Part shown: piece after piece, positions 37,239 to 44,953 of the stretch | How the letters are laid out: each line of letters opens with the position of its first letter | Numbering within the stretch: the first letter of the stretch is position 1 | Position numbers and translations under genes: made by a program | Origin: a virus | Taxonomy: Duplodnaviria; Caudoviricetes | DNA length: 54,427 nucleotides | Direction: 5' to 3' (one strand) | IMG/VR virus record: IMGVR_UViG_3300003465_000008 | Span: 1-54,427 of that record | Notes under the pieces: generated by a model | Databases searched by the model: none | What the model was told of the DNA's origin: nothing | The model's input: only the letters and a program-made list of their open reading frames with translations

Positions 37239-37439
37239 ATGGCCGACCGTCTCGCCGACCAATTCTCGAAACTCGTCAATCAGTCCGACAACGACCCTCG
37301 CGGATGGGCGCGTCGCATCTTGGACCGCCACGCATTCGGTGCGTCGGTCGCTCCGATCGCGCTCAAGTTCGCCAGAGAAGCGCTGCGCATCAGGGACGAT
37401 CACGTAGACGCTGAGACGCGCGAACCAGGCCAGGACTGA
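37239..37439 (+). CDS. hypothetical protein
   Basis: DPRGWARRIL...FAREAL; last gene of the + operon. Confidence 0.55.
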   Translation: MADRLADQFSKLVNQSDNDPRGWARRILDRHAFGASVAPIALKFAREALRIRDDHVDAETREPGQD

Positions 37440-37465
37440 AAAAAAGGCCGGATCGTGTCCGGCCT
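37439..37465 (-). terminator. rho-independent terminator after the portal gene
   Basis: 8-bp stem AGGCCGGA/TCCGGCCT followed by a T-run on the minus strand. Confidence 0.75.
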
Positions 37466-37494
37466 AGAAAACGCGCGTCACGTAGGGGGAACGT

Positions 37495-39159
37495 CTACGC
37501 GCGCGCCTTTTTCCCGCTGAGTAGTTCGGGATGCTCCTGCAGCATCTTCTGGCGCGCCGCGGCGCGAGCACGCACTCCGGCAATCAGCAAGTCCTCCTGC
37601 GGCGGGTGCGTGAGCAGAATCACTTCCTCCGGGCCGGCCGCGCCGACCTTGGCGAGCGCAAAGGCAAGCTCGCGCGCGTCATCCACGAAGGCCGGCGACG
37701 CACTGTGGCTGTCGATTTCCACGTAGTAGTCGTCCGGCAGTTGCTTGAGCAGGAATTGCTCCTTCTTGTCCGAGACGAACACACGCGCCTCTTTTGCCTG
37801 CATCAGTTTGAACGTGAGTGTCGCCGACTCTTCTGCGTCGCGTTCTACCCGTAGCGAGCGCTCGCGCAATTTCGGGCTGGCGGTTCGCATCAGCGTGCGC
37901 GCGTGGACGTTCGCCCGCACTCCCGGCTCGCCCTGCCCCTGCATGATTGGCTTGAATCCACCGATCTCGTCGAACATTTCCGAGAGCGTGCGGATTTCGA
38001 CGAAGAGCTCCTCTGGGATGTTCGGAATCAGGTTTTCGATCTTCGCGCCCGGCGACTGCTCCTGAATGAAGCCGCCCGGCGCAATCGCGGCGCGCATTTT
38101 CTGATTCGTGACGCCGGAAAACCCGATGAACGCCTTGGGGGGCTTCACTTGGAGTTTCAGCAGGCGCCGCACGTCCAGCATGCGCTCCGAGAGCAAGTCC
38201 TGCAGAATCTTCACGCGCTCGACTTCGGAGCGGCCCCAAAAGTAGCCGGATACCGGATCGGCACAGATTTTCGAGAACGGGTGAAGGTGCTTGACGCCGG
38301 TAAGGTTCCTGTGCCGGTATTTGCCTTCGAGCAGCAGTTCACCCTCGATCAACTGGATCGTCGTGTAGTCATCGCGGTCGTCATCCACCACCCATAGCTC
38401 GTCAAGGCGCAAGAGCCGAGACATCATTTCAGGGCTGAGTTTCGTCTGGCTCGAAGGCGACATGGAAACCTGCCCCTTCGCGCCGCTCGGCGTCGCCGTC
38501 GTCACGGGCTGCACGCCGCCGAGCACGGTCTGGTGCAGCCAGTTGCGGCGCAGATCCTCGCCCTTGTTGCCGCCCAAGCGCTTGAGCTTATCCAGAATCT
38601 CGGCTTGGTCCGGTCGGCCTTCCGCGAGTGCCGCGACTTCCTCTTTCGTCAGATAGCTCGTGTGGCACATCGCGCCCTGATCTTCAAGCCTGCCGCGGTC
38701 CTCGCGATCGACGCCGAAGAATTCTGGATGCACGAGTTGCGGATCGAAGCCCGGCGCGAACGTGCCCGGCTCCATCCAGTTGTGCTTCATGATCCCGCAA
38801 CCCTTCACGAGGCCAATCGTCACGCCCTGCGAAAAGACGACATCGGCATCGGCCCGCCGGTACTCCCGCGACAGGTATTTCGATGCCGCCCGCGCCCGCG
38901 TAATCCAGGCGTCGCCCTCGGTTGCATCGAACCCGATCGAGTAGCGGACTTCGCCGGGTGCGTACAGGTAGGATGCCGTTCGGTCGATGTGAACGCCAGT
39001 GCGGTTGTAGAGCGACTCTTTGCCGTCGTCGGAACCCATCTCGTAGTACGAGAGGTTCGACGCGGCTTGCTGTGCGCGGTCGGCCTGCGAGTAGCAGCAG
39101 ATTTCGATCTGCTCGCGCGCGAAGTCGAGGAGTTTGCGGGCAGTATCGGGGACGCGCAT
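37495..39159 (-). CDS. portal protein (podovirus type)
   Basis: 554 aa; GYFWGRSEV...LQ..L..R and GQGEPGVRA..HA patterns; lies between terminase and capsid genes. Confidence 0.75.
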   Translation of the reverse strand: MRVPDTARKLLDFAREQIEICCYSQADRAQQAASNLSYYEMGSDDGKESLYNRTGVHIDRTASYLYAPGEVRYSIGFDATEGDAWITRARAASKYLSREYRRADADVVFSQGVTIGLVKGCGIMKHNWMEPGTFAPGFDPQLVHPEFFGVDREDRGRLEDQGAMCHTSYLTKEEVAALAEGRPDQAEILDKLKRLGGNKGEDLRRNWLHQTVLGGVQPVTTATPSGAKGQVSMSPSSQTKLSPEMMSRLLRLDELWVVDDDRDDYTTIQLIEGELLLEGKYRHRNLTGVKHLHPFSKICADPVSGYFWGRSEVERVKILQDLLSERMLDVRRLLKLQVKPPKAFIGFSGVTNQKMRAAIAPGGFIQEQSPGAKIENLIPNIPEELFVEIRTLSEMFDEIGGFKPIMQGQGEPGVRANVHARTLMRTASPKLRERSLRVERDAEESATLTFKLMQAKEARVFVSDKKEQFLLKQLPDDYYVEIDSHSASPAFVDDARELAFALAKVGAAGPEEVILLTHPPQEDLLIAGVRARAAARQKMLQEHPELLSGKKARA

Positions 39160-39602
39160 CAGCGCACCCGGTTGACCGGATTCACGAGCACGCGCGAGGG
39201 CATGCCGCTCGCCTTCTCCGCGCTTTGCAGCATCGTGAGCGGGTTGCGGCCCATTGAGCGCGCTTCGGCCGCGCCTTGCTTTGCCGCCGCGATCAGGCCA
39301 CCGGATGCCGAAAAGAACTTGTCCACGGCGGGCTGCAAGTGCGTGGGCAGGCGCGGTGCCGCGATGTCTCCTTCCCGCAGGTTGTCCCGCATGTCGGTCA
39401 GACCGTAGTCCTTCTCGACGATGTTCTGCGTGATGTCCACGGCTTTCGACTTGCTGCCAGTTATCGCGAAGCCAGCCGGAACTTGCCGCGCTTGAAGCGC
39501 TTCACAACCGGGGCACGGGGGCGGCGGTTCGCTGCGGTCGAAGTGGAGCTTGTCGAATTTCGCGCCGCAGAGATCACAGCAGTACGTCCGCACGATTGCC
39601 AT
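39159..39602 (-). CDS. FmdB-like zinc-ribbon protein
   Basis: RTYCCDLCG..F...PPCPGC. Confidence 0.7.
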   Translation of the reverse strand: MAIVRTYCCDLCGAKFDKLHFDRSEPPPPCPGCEALQARQVPAGFAITGSKSKAVDITQNIVEKDYGLTDMRDNLREGDIAAPRLPTHLQPAVDKFFSASGGLIAAAKQGAAEARSMGRNPLTMLQSAEKASGMPSRVLVNPVNRVR

Positions 39603-39635
39603 GCCGAATAGCCTATGCCTGAACGGGGGATTTGG

Positions 39636-40196
39636 TCAACCCGGATCACCCATCGCATGCTCAACGTGCCGCAGCTCGTCGTCAGCGTGCAGTTCGCTCC
39701 ACGACTTCCAGCCCTTCTCGATGCCCCCGCGACTGTAGACCTCGCCGTGCGGCTTGATGGGTCGCCAGCCAGCATCGCAGAACAGGCGATAGTGGTAGAC
39801 CTGATTGCGCTTGCCTTCCGGTGAGTACGGAGGCTCGATCCACAGCATTCGTCTCGCGTCGCCAAAGAACCGCTCGCACCACTCGCGCGCCTCGCGATGG
39901 TTATGCGGCTTCGGCTCGTCACCGTGGCGCAGATTGGCGGGTGCCCAAAACGAGAGAGAAAGGTGCCAGCAACGCTCGTACTCGGGATTCTTGAACCAGC
40001 CGCTCGTATGATGGCCGATGTCGCGCGTGTAGATTAGCCGCACACCATCATCCTCACCACGGTCCCATCCGAACTGACAGCGCTCGAAGTACCGGATCTC
40101 TGCTTCGCTCCGCAGCAGTCCGGTGTAATAGCCTTGATGCGCGAACGCTGTCAGTCGTCGAACGATGTACTCAGGCGTAATGATGAGTCGCGTCAT
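39636..40196 (-). CDS. hypothetical protein
   Basis: 186-aa ORF with WHLSLS; starts right after the upstream stop. Confidence 0.65.
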   Translation of the reverse strand: MTRLIITPEYIVRRLTAFAHQGYYTGLLRSEAEIRYFERCQFGWDRGEDDGVRLIYTRDIGHHTSGWFKNPEYERCWHLSLSFWAPANLRHGDEPKPHNHREAREWCERFFGDARRMLWIEPPYSPEGKRNQVYHYRLFCDAGWRPIKPHGEVYSRGGIEKGWKSWSELHADDELRHVEHAMGDPG

Positions 40197-40421
40197 CTAG
40201 AACGAAGTCGGCTTGGCAATCGCTCGCGTCAGCGCCATGAAGCCTTCTTGCAAGTGCGTGCGTGCGATGGAGGCCCACCGCTTGTCCGTGTCGGGATTCG
40301 CGTTGACGATTTCCAGTTCCGCGCCGCACTTCGCGGCGAGACCCTTGACCATGTTCATCAGGTCGATTTCCGCTTGCGACAGATCACGGTAGCCGGTAAT
40401 CATCTTGTGCTGGTTTTCCAT
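40197..40421 (-). CDS. acb2: Acb2-like anti-CBASS cyclic-oligonucleotide sponge
   Basis: MENQHKMITGYRDLSQAEIDLMN.VK...RWASIARTHLQEGFMALTRAIAKPTSF closely follows the Acb2 pattern. Confidence 0.85.
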   Translation of the reverse strand: MENQHKMITGYRDLSQAEIDLMNMVKGLAAKCGAELEIVNANPDTDKRWASIARTHLQEGFMALTRAIAKPTSF

Positions 40422-40438
40422 TTGCTACTCCTTTTTGG

Positions 40439-41368
40439 TTACGAACACTCCATGAATAGATTGCTCGTCTGCCCGCGATCCCGCAGGTAGTCGGTATACA
40501 TGCGGTCGATCTGCGTGAGCGCGTTCGCGAGCCACGCCGCAATGTGCTCGTCCCGTGCGGCGAACTTGATCGGTGCCAAGCCGGGGTGGCACTCGGCAAG
40601 CGGCCTTCCGTTTACAAGCCATTGCAGCGTGCCGAGCAGGTTGTAGTCCTGCGTGAAACTCACGGCGACGTTCGCGAACCCGGCCGCCTCGCCAAGCCTG
40701 CGCAGCGACTTCGCCGAGAAGTAAAACAGGTGGTCGGCGTGAAAGTAGAAGCGCTCGTACTCGGGTACGCCCCAAGCAGTGCGCAGCGCGTCGTGCAGGT
40801 TAGGAACTTCGACGAACAGCACACCGCCCGGAGCGAGTACGGAACGCATGCCCTTCATGAGCGCAAGCGGGTCATCGACGTGCTCAAGCGTCTGGAAACA
40901 GCACACGGCGTCGAACTTGTCTTGCGCAAACTTGGACTCGCGCAGGACACGATGGTCGGCTTCGATGCCAAGCGATTCCATGAACGCGCAGCACTCGCGA
41001 TCCGGTTCGACGGCGCAACGCCGCTGGTAGCCGACAAGGTGCGCGAGAAACTGCCCGGCTGACGCGCCGACTTCAAGGACGCGCGAGCCGCCGCCCGCGC
41101 GCTTTTGCAAGCGGTCCAAGCGCTCGCCCTGATATTGGCTGTACGCCTCGAAAATCTCCCGCGCGTTCGTGGTCGAGCCGTCAGCGCGGTGCGAGGCGTG
41201 CTGGCGGTACTCGCCGTCGTAGTAGGCGGCGTCGCGCGGTTCGGCAACGAGGAAGGCAAGCTCGCAGGTTTCGCACTCGTACACCGCGCCCGCGCCGCGA
41301 CGCAACTCACGCGTGAGAACGCGCACGTCGTCCGATCTGCACCACGGCGCTGCGCAAAGCACGGTCAT
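40439..41368 (-). CDS. class I SAM methyltransferase with N-terminal Cys cluster (type often found in glycan clusters)
   Basis: VLEVGASAG, FDAV..FQTLEHVDDP, L.PGG.LFVEVPN, HLFYFS. Confidence 0.85.
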   Translation of the reverse strand: MTVLCAAPWCRSDDVRVLTRELRRGAGAVYECETCELAFLVAEPRDAAYYDGEYRQHASHRADGSTTNAREIFEAYSQYQGERLDRLQKRAGGGSRVLEVGASAGQFLAHLVGYQRRCAVEPDRECCAFMESLGIEADHRVLRESKFAQDKFDAVCCFQTLEHVDDPLALMKGMRSVLAPGGVLFVEVPNLHDALRTAWGVPEYERFYFHADHLFYFSAKSLRRLGEAAGFANVAVSFTQDYNLLGTLQWLVNGRPLAECHPGLAPIKFAARDEHIAAWLANALTQIDRMYTDYLRDRGQTSNLFMECS

Positions 41369-41718
41369 GCGAAGAGGTCGCCAGCAGCTTTGCGCGAGCG
41401 CCGCGTCGCGTAGGCGTTGCGCTGATGGTGCTCCTGATCGTAGCGAAGGTGACAGCGCTGGCACATCGCTTTCAGGTTCTCCTGTCGGCAATCTTCCGGC
41501 TGGTGGTTCAGGTGCGCTACAGTCAGCACAATCTTTCCCCGCGCCCACTTCGCAGGCTCTCCGTGGCGTTCCACGCAGCGACGCGGACCGGGATGGGTAC
41601 GGTGCAGCCCACACTCGCCCTCGCACTCGCAGCGGCCACCAGAACGAGCGCGGATGGCCTTGCTGATCTCCTTCCAATCCTTCGGGTAGCGCTTCGCGTT
41701 CTCAGGCTTGATCGGCAT
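41365..41718 (-). CDS. HNH-like endonuclease
   Basis: MPIKPEN..RYPKDW...RCEC...VLTVAHLNH.PE....NL.AMCQRCH. Confidence 0.8.
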   Translation of the reverse strand: MPIKPENAKRYPKDWKEISKAIRARSGGRCECEGECGLHRTHPGPRRCVERHGEPAKWARGKIVLTVAHLNHQPEDCRQENLKAMCQRCHLRYDQEHHQRNAYATRRSRKAAGDLFA

Positions 41719-42331
41719 TGAGTTTCAGCAACGCCTGAAAGTAGCGGGCACGATCCGCGAAGCCGGTCAGCCCGCCGTTCAACAGGCGCGTTTCCGCGTG
41801 AATGTCGCGGTCGTCGTCAATCCGGTCGAACCCGCCGTGCCAGAAGTGACATGCCACCTTCGCGCCGATATCGGGTCGCAGCACCAACTCGGGTTTGTCC
41901 ACAAGCGGTAGTGCAAGCGCCTCACCCTCAATGCGGTAGTTCTTCCTGCCAGTCAACATCAGCGCTCCCCGTCCGCGATATTTCCAACCGTCCCCGCTAC
42001 CCTCATGGCCATTTTCCATGCGATCACAGTACACGTGATCCGCGAGGCTTCGCGGCTGGTAGGCGTACAACGAAGCGTTGGCTTGCCCCGGCTTTGGCGT
42101 TGCGGGCGGCAGGTAGAAGCGCGCGGGCCACACCGCGACCAAGCGCGCCGCGCTGTAGTTCAGGTTTTCCTCGAAGCGGGTAAACCCGCGCGTCTCGTAC
42201 CCGGCCTCCGCAAGGAAGGAAGCAATCTCGTTCGGTTCGTCGATCTCCCACTTCGGCATTTCGGCTAGCAAGGCAGCAAGCCAGTCGGCGAGCGCGTTGG
42301 GAAAGACTGGCGCGAGGTCGGCGAGAGTCAT
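41702..42331 (-). CDS. GH19 chitinase-like endolysin
   Basis: ENLNYSA, GDGWKYRGRG..MLTGRKNY, NGGLTG. Confidence 0.85.
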   Translation of the reverse strand: MTLADLAPVFPNALADWLAALLAEMPKWEIDEPNEIASFLAEAGYETRGFTRFEENLNYSAARLVAVWPARFYLPPATPKPGQANASLYAYQPRSLADHVYCDRMENGHEGSGDGWKYRGRGALMLTGRKNYRIEGEALALPLVDKPELVLRPDIGAKVACHFWHGGFDRIDDDRDIHAETRLLNGGLTGFADRARYFQALLKLNADQA

Positions 42332-43296
42332 GCGCTTTCTTGTTCGAGCGTGAATTCTTCCTGCGCTTGGTCAATGCCGATGCTCTCTAGATTCTTGAGC
42401 GCTTGGCGGTAGTAGCTCGGCTTTAATTCGATGCCGACACCACGCCGGCCGGCTTTCACCGCACCGTAGACTTCGCTCCCCACACCCATGAACGGCGTGA
42501 GCACCGTTTCGCCGGGATTCGACCAGAGCACCATGCAGCGGTCGATTACGTCGAGTTGCAACGGATGGACGTGCTTTTCGTCCTCGGAGTCGCGCGCGCC
42601 TTGAAACGGCAACACACGGCCGAGACGGATGTCGTCCCAAAACGCGCTCGCGTACTGTCTCCAGATCCAATGCGAGTAGCGGTTTTCGATCTGATTGCCG
42701 GTCCAGCCGCGATACTTGAGCACTTCGGACGGTGGTTTTCGTTCGCCAGCGTATTCGAGCAGGCCCACGGGGTGCGCGATCGGCACCTTGTTTTCGCCCT
42801 TGCGCCGGAATACGAGCAAGTAGTCCGCGCTCGCCACGCTGCACCGGCTTGAATCTTCGACGATGGTTTTGTGCGCGAGGTTCTTCGCCATCGTGCGGTT
42901 CCTGACCGCGAGCGGTTCCTTCCAGATCGCGTAGCGGGCGATGTAGCGAAACCCCTCGCGCTCGTGCAACCGGATAATGTCGCCCGGAAAGTCGATCAGG
43001 TAGTCCGTACCACTGTTCCCGCTCGGCACGTCCATGCAATGCACCGCCGTCATGCGCCCGGGCATCGTGAGGCGGAACTTCTCCCGCACGACGAAAGCGT
43101 AATGCTCGAAAAACTGCTCGTAGTCGCGGCAGTTCGATAGATCACGGTCAGAGCTTGAGTAGTGATACAGACCCCCGAAGGGCGGCGAGTAGATGGAAAG
43201 CGCGACGCTCTCCGCTGGCAGTTTCGCCATCAAGTCGATGCAATCGGCGCAGTAAATCGCGTAGTTCTCGGTAATGCTTTGCTCAAGTACGGTCAC
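42328..43296 (-). CDS. N4-C/N6-A DNA methyltransferase
   Basis: IYSPPF catalytic motif, HVHPLQL, VLTPFMGVGSE, GIELKPSY. Confidence 0.85.
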   Translation of the reverse strand: MTVLEQSITENYAIYCADCIDLMAKLPAESVALSIYSPPFGGLYHYSSSDRDLSNCRDYEQFFEHYAFVVREKFRLTMPGRMTAVHCMDVPSGNSGTDYLIDFPGDIIRLHEREGFRYIARYAIWKEPLAVRNRTMAKNLAHKTIVEDSSRCSVASADYLLVFRRKGENKVPIAHPVGLLEYAGERKPPSEVLKYRGWTGNQIENRYSHWIWRQYASAFWDDIRLGRVLPFQGARDSEDEKHVHPLQLDVIDRCMVLWSNPGETVLTPFMGVGSEVYGAVKAGRRGVGIELKPSYYRQALKNLESIGIDQAQEEFTLEQESA

Positions 43297-43540
43297 GGAA
43301 TCCGCTCCTATCTGCAAATGGTTCGTTGTCTCGGCAAGCACGCGCAAGACGAAGCGCTACCGCAGCGATTTGAATCGCCTCAGTACGCACAGATTCCGCT
43401 GCGTTCTCGTGGATCGCTGCAAGCAGTTCGATCATTTCCTCTGCGAGCACGCCGTAACTCTCGTGCGTTGAGGATGGAGGGCCGTACTTCGCGTCGGCCC
43501 TATGGATTTCTGTCCAGACTTCTGAGATCACGTCATCCAT
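43283..43540 (-). CDS. small MazG-like protein
   Basis: HESYGVLAEE..EL...EAIQIAAVALR. Confidence 0.6.
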   Translation of the reverse strand: MDDVISEVWTEIHRADAKYGPPSSTHESYGVLAEEMIELLAAIHENAAESVRTEAIQIAAVALRLARACRDNEPFADRSGFRDRT

Positions 43541-44919
43541 GCCGGCACCTTCGCGGTTTTCTCGTAACCCGTGCTGCGCTCAATCCCAATCGCTTCGTTC
43601 ATGTGCTGTACGAGGTTGGAGAACATGCGATCGGCAGCCTCGGCCTTGCGCTGCAAGTTCGCCAGCACGCTCTTTTCCCCCTCGGTGGTAATCACATCTA
43701 CGCGCACCGGGTTCTTCTGCCCGAAGCGCCAGCAACGGCGCACGCCTTGGTAATACTGCTCGAACGAGTGCGAGGGGAAGAACGTCACATGCGCGCAGTG
43801 CTGGAAGTTGAGGCCGAATGCGCCGATCCTCGGTTTTGTGACCAGTACGCGTATCTGGCCGCGCGCAAAACCGAGGAACGCTTCTTCCTTCGCTTCGTCG
43901 GAATCGGCACCGGATACCTGCACCGCATCCGGTATCAGTGATTCTAGCAAGTCGCCTTCCTCGTTCAGATGACACCACACGAGGGCAGGAGCGTGGCCGT
44001 TGACAAGCTCGGCGTTCTTCTCGCAGCGCTCGCGGATCGTGCGCCGCCTTTCGTCTCTCTGCTCTTTCAGGCCCACAGCAGGCAGAGCGAACAGCATTCC
44101 AGGAGCTAGTTTCTCAGCCGTCACGAGGTAATCGCGCTCGATCAATTCAGGCAGCACAAACGCATCATCCGAGAATCCAAGGTCTGAGGGCCTGCGCAGC
44201 GCACGCGCCCACGAGCACACCCAGCGCCAGAATGGAATCTCGGCATGTCCTTTGAAACGCCACTTGCCAGCATCCGAGAACATTTCGCCGGGGCGCTCAA
44301 AGCGTCGCGTCCATGTTGGCTTGATGCTGTTCTGATCGTTCTTGAAGAACCGCATCAGCATATCCATGTGGCCGAGGTTGCCGAGCGCCTCGCTGCTTGT
44401 CCCTAACTCGATGTAGTCGTTCGGCGCAGCGGTCGCGGTGCAGAGCAGGCGGTACGGCATCTTGCGCATGAACTCGGTAATCTCTCCACGCCGTGCGCCG
44501 TCGAAGTTTTTCAGGATGCTGGATTCGTCGCAGACGGCACCCACGAAATCATCGGCGTTCAGCAAGTGCAAGCGCTCATAGTTCGTCACCACGATGCCGC
44601 TATGCAGTTCGCCAGCAACAGAGCGATGCGCCTCGATGCCGAACTTCTCCGCCTCCGCTAGCGTTTGCTGAGAGACAGCGAGTGGGGTCAAGATCAGCAC
44701 GCGCTTATTCGTTTTCCTGACCACGTTCTCGGCCCACACGAGTTGCATCGGAGTCTTGCCAAGGCCGCAGTCCGCGAAAATGGCGCAGCGGCCACGCTCT
44801 AGCGCCCATGTCACGAGCGAGCGCTGGAAGTCGAAGAGAAAGTCTGGAATCCACAGCGGCGCGAATCCGAATCCTTCGCCCCACTGCGATTTCGCCGTGA
44901 GAAAGTCCGCGTAACTCAT
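43528..44919 (-). CDS. SF2 (SNF2-like) helicase
   Basis: DCGLGKT, CDESS, TATAAPND, GLNFQ, QGVRRCWRFGQ. Confidence 0.88.
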   Translation of the reverse strand: MSYADFLTAKSQWGEGFGFAPLWIPDFLFDFQRSLVTWALERGRCAIFADCGLGKTPMQLVWAENVVRKTNKRVLILTPLAVSQQTLAEAEKFGIEAHRSVAGELHSGIVVTNYERLHLLNADDFVGAVCDESSILKNFDGARRGEITEFMRKMPYRLLCTATAAPNDYIELGTSSEALGNLGHMDMLMRFFKNDQNSIKPTWTRRFERPGEMFSDAGKWRFKGHAEIPFWRWVCSWARALRRPSDLGFSDDAFVLPELIERDYLVTAEKLAPGMLFALPAVGLKEQRDERRRTIRERCEKNAELVNGHAPALVWCHLNEEGDLLESLIPDAVQVSGADSDEAKEEAFLGFARGQIRVLVTKPRIGAFGLNFQHCAHVTFFPSHSFEQYYQGVRRCWRFGQKNPVRVDVITTEGEKSVLANLQRKAEAADRMFSNLVQHMNEAIGIERSTGYEKTAKVPAWMT

Positions 44920-44953
44920 TCCCCATTCCCCTTATTGCGAACTGCGGTAGATT

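Noticed and set aside
31537-37439. Host chromosomal contamination explaining the sugar genes
   Set aside because: The operon is flanked by phage head genes, includes phage-type MTase and small ORFs, and lies inside a closed circle; read mapping would still be the decisive check
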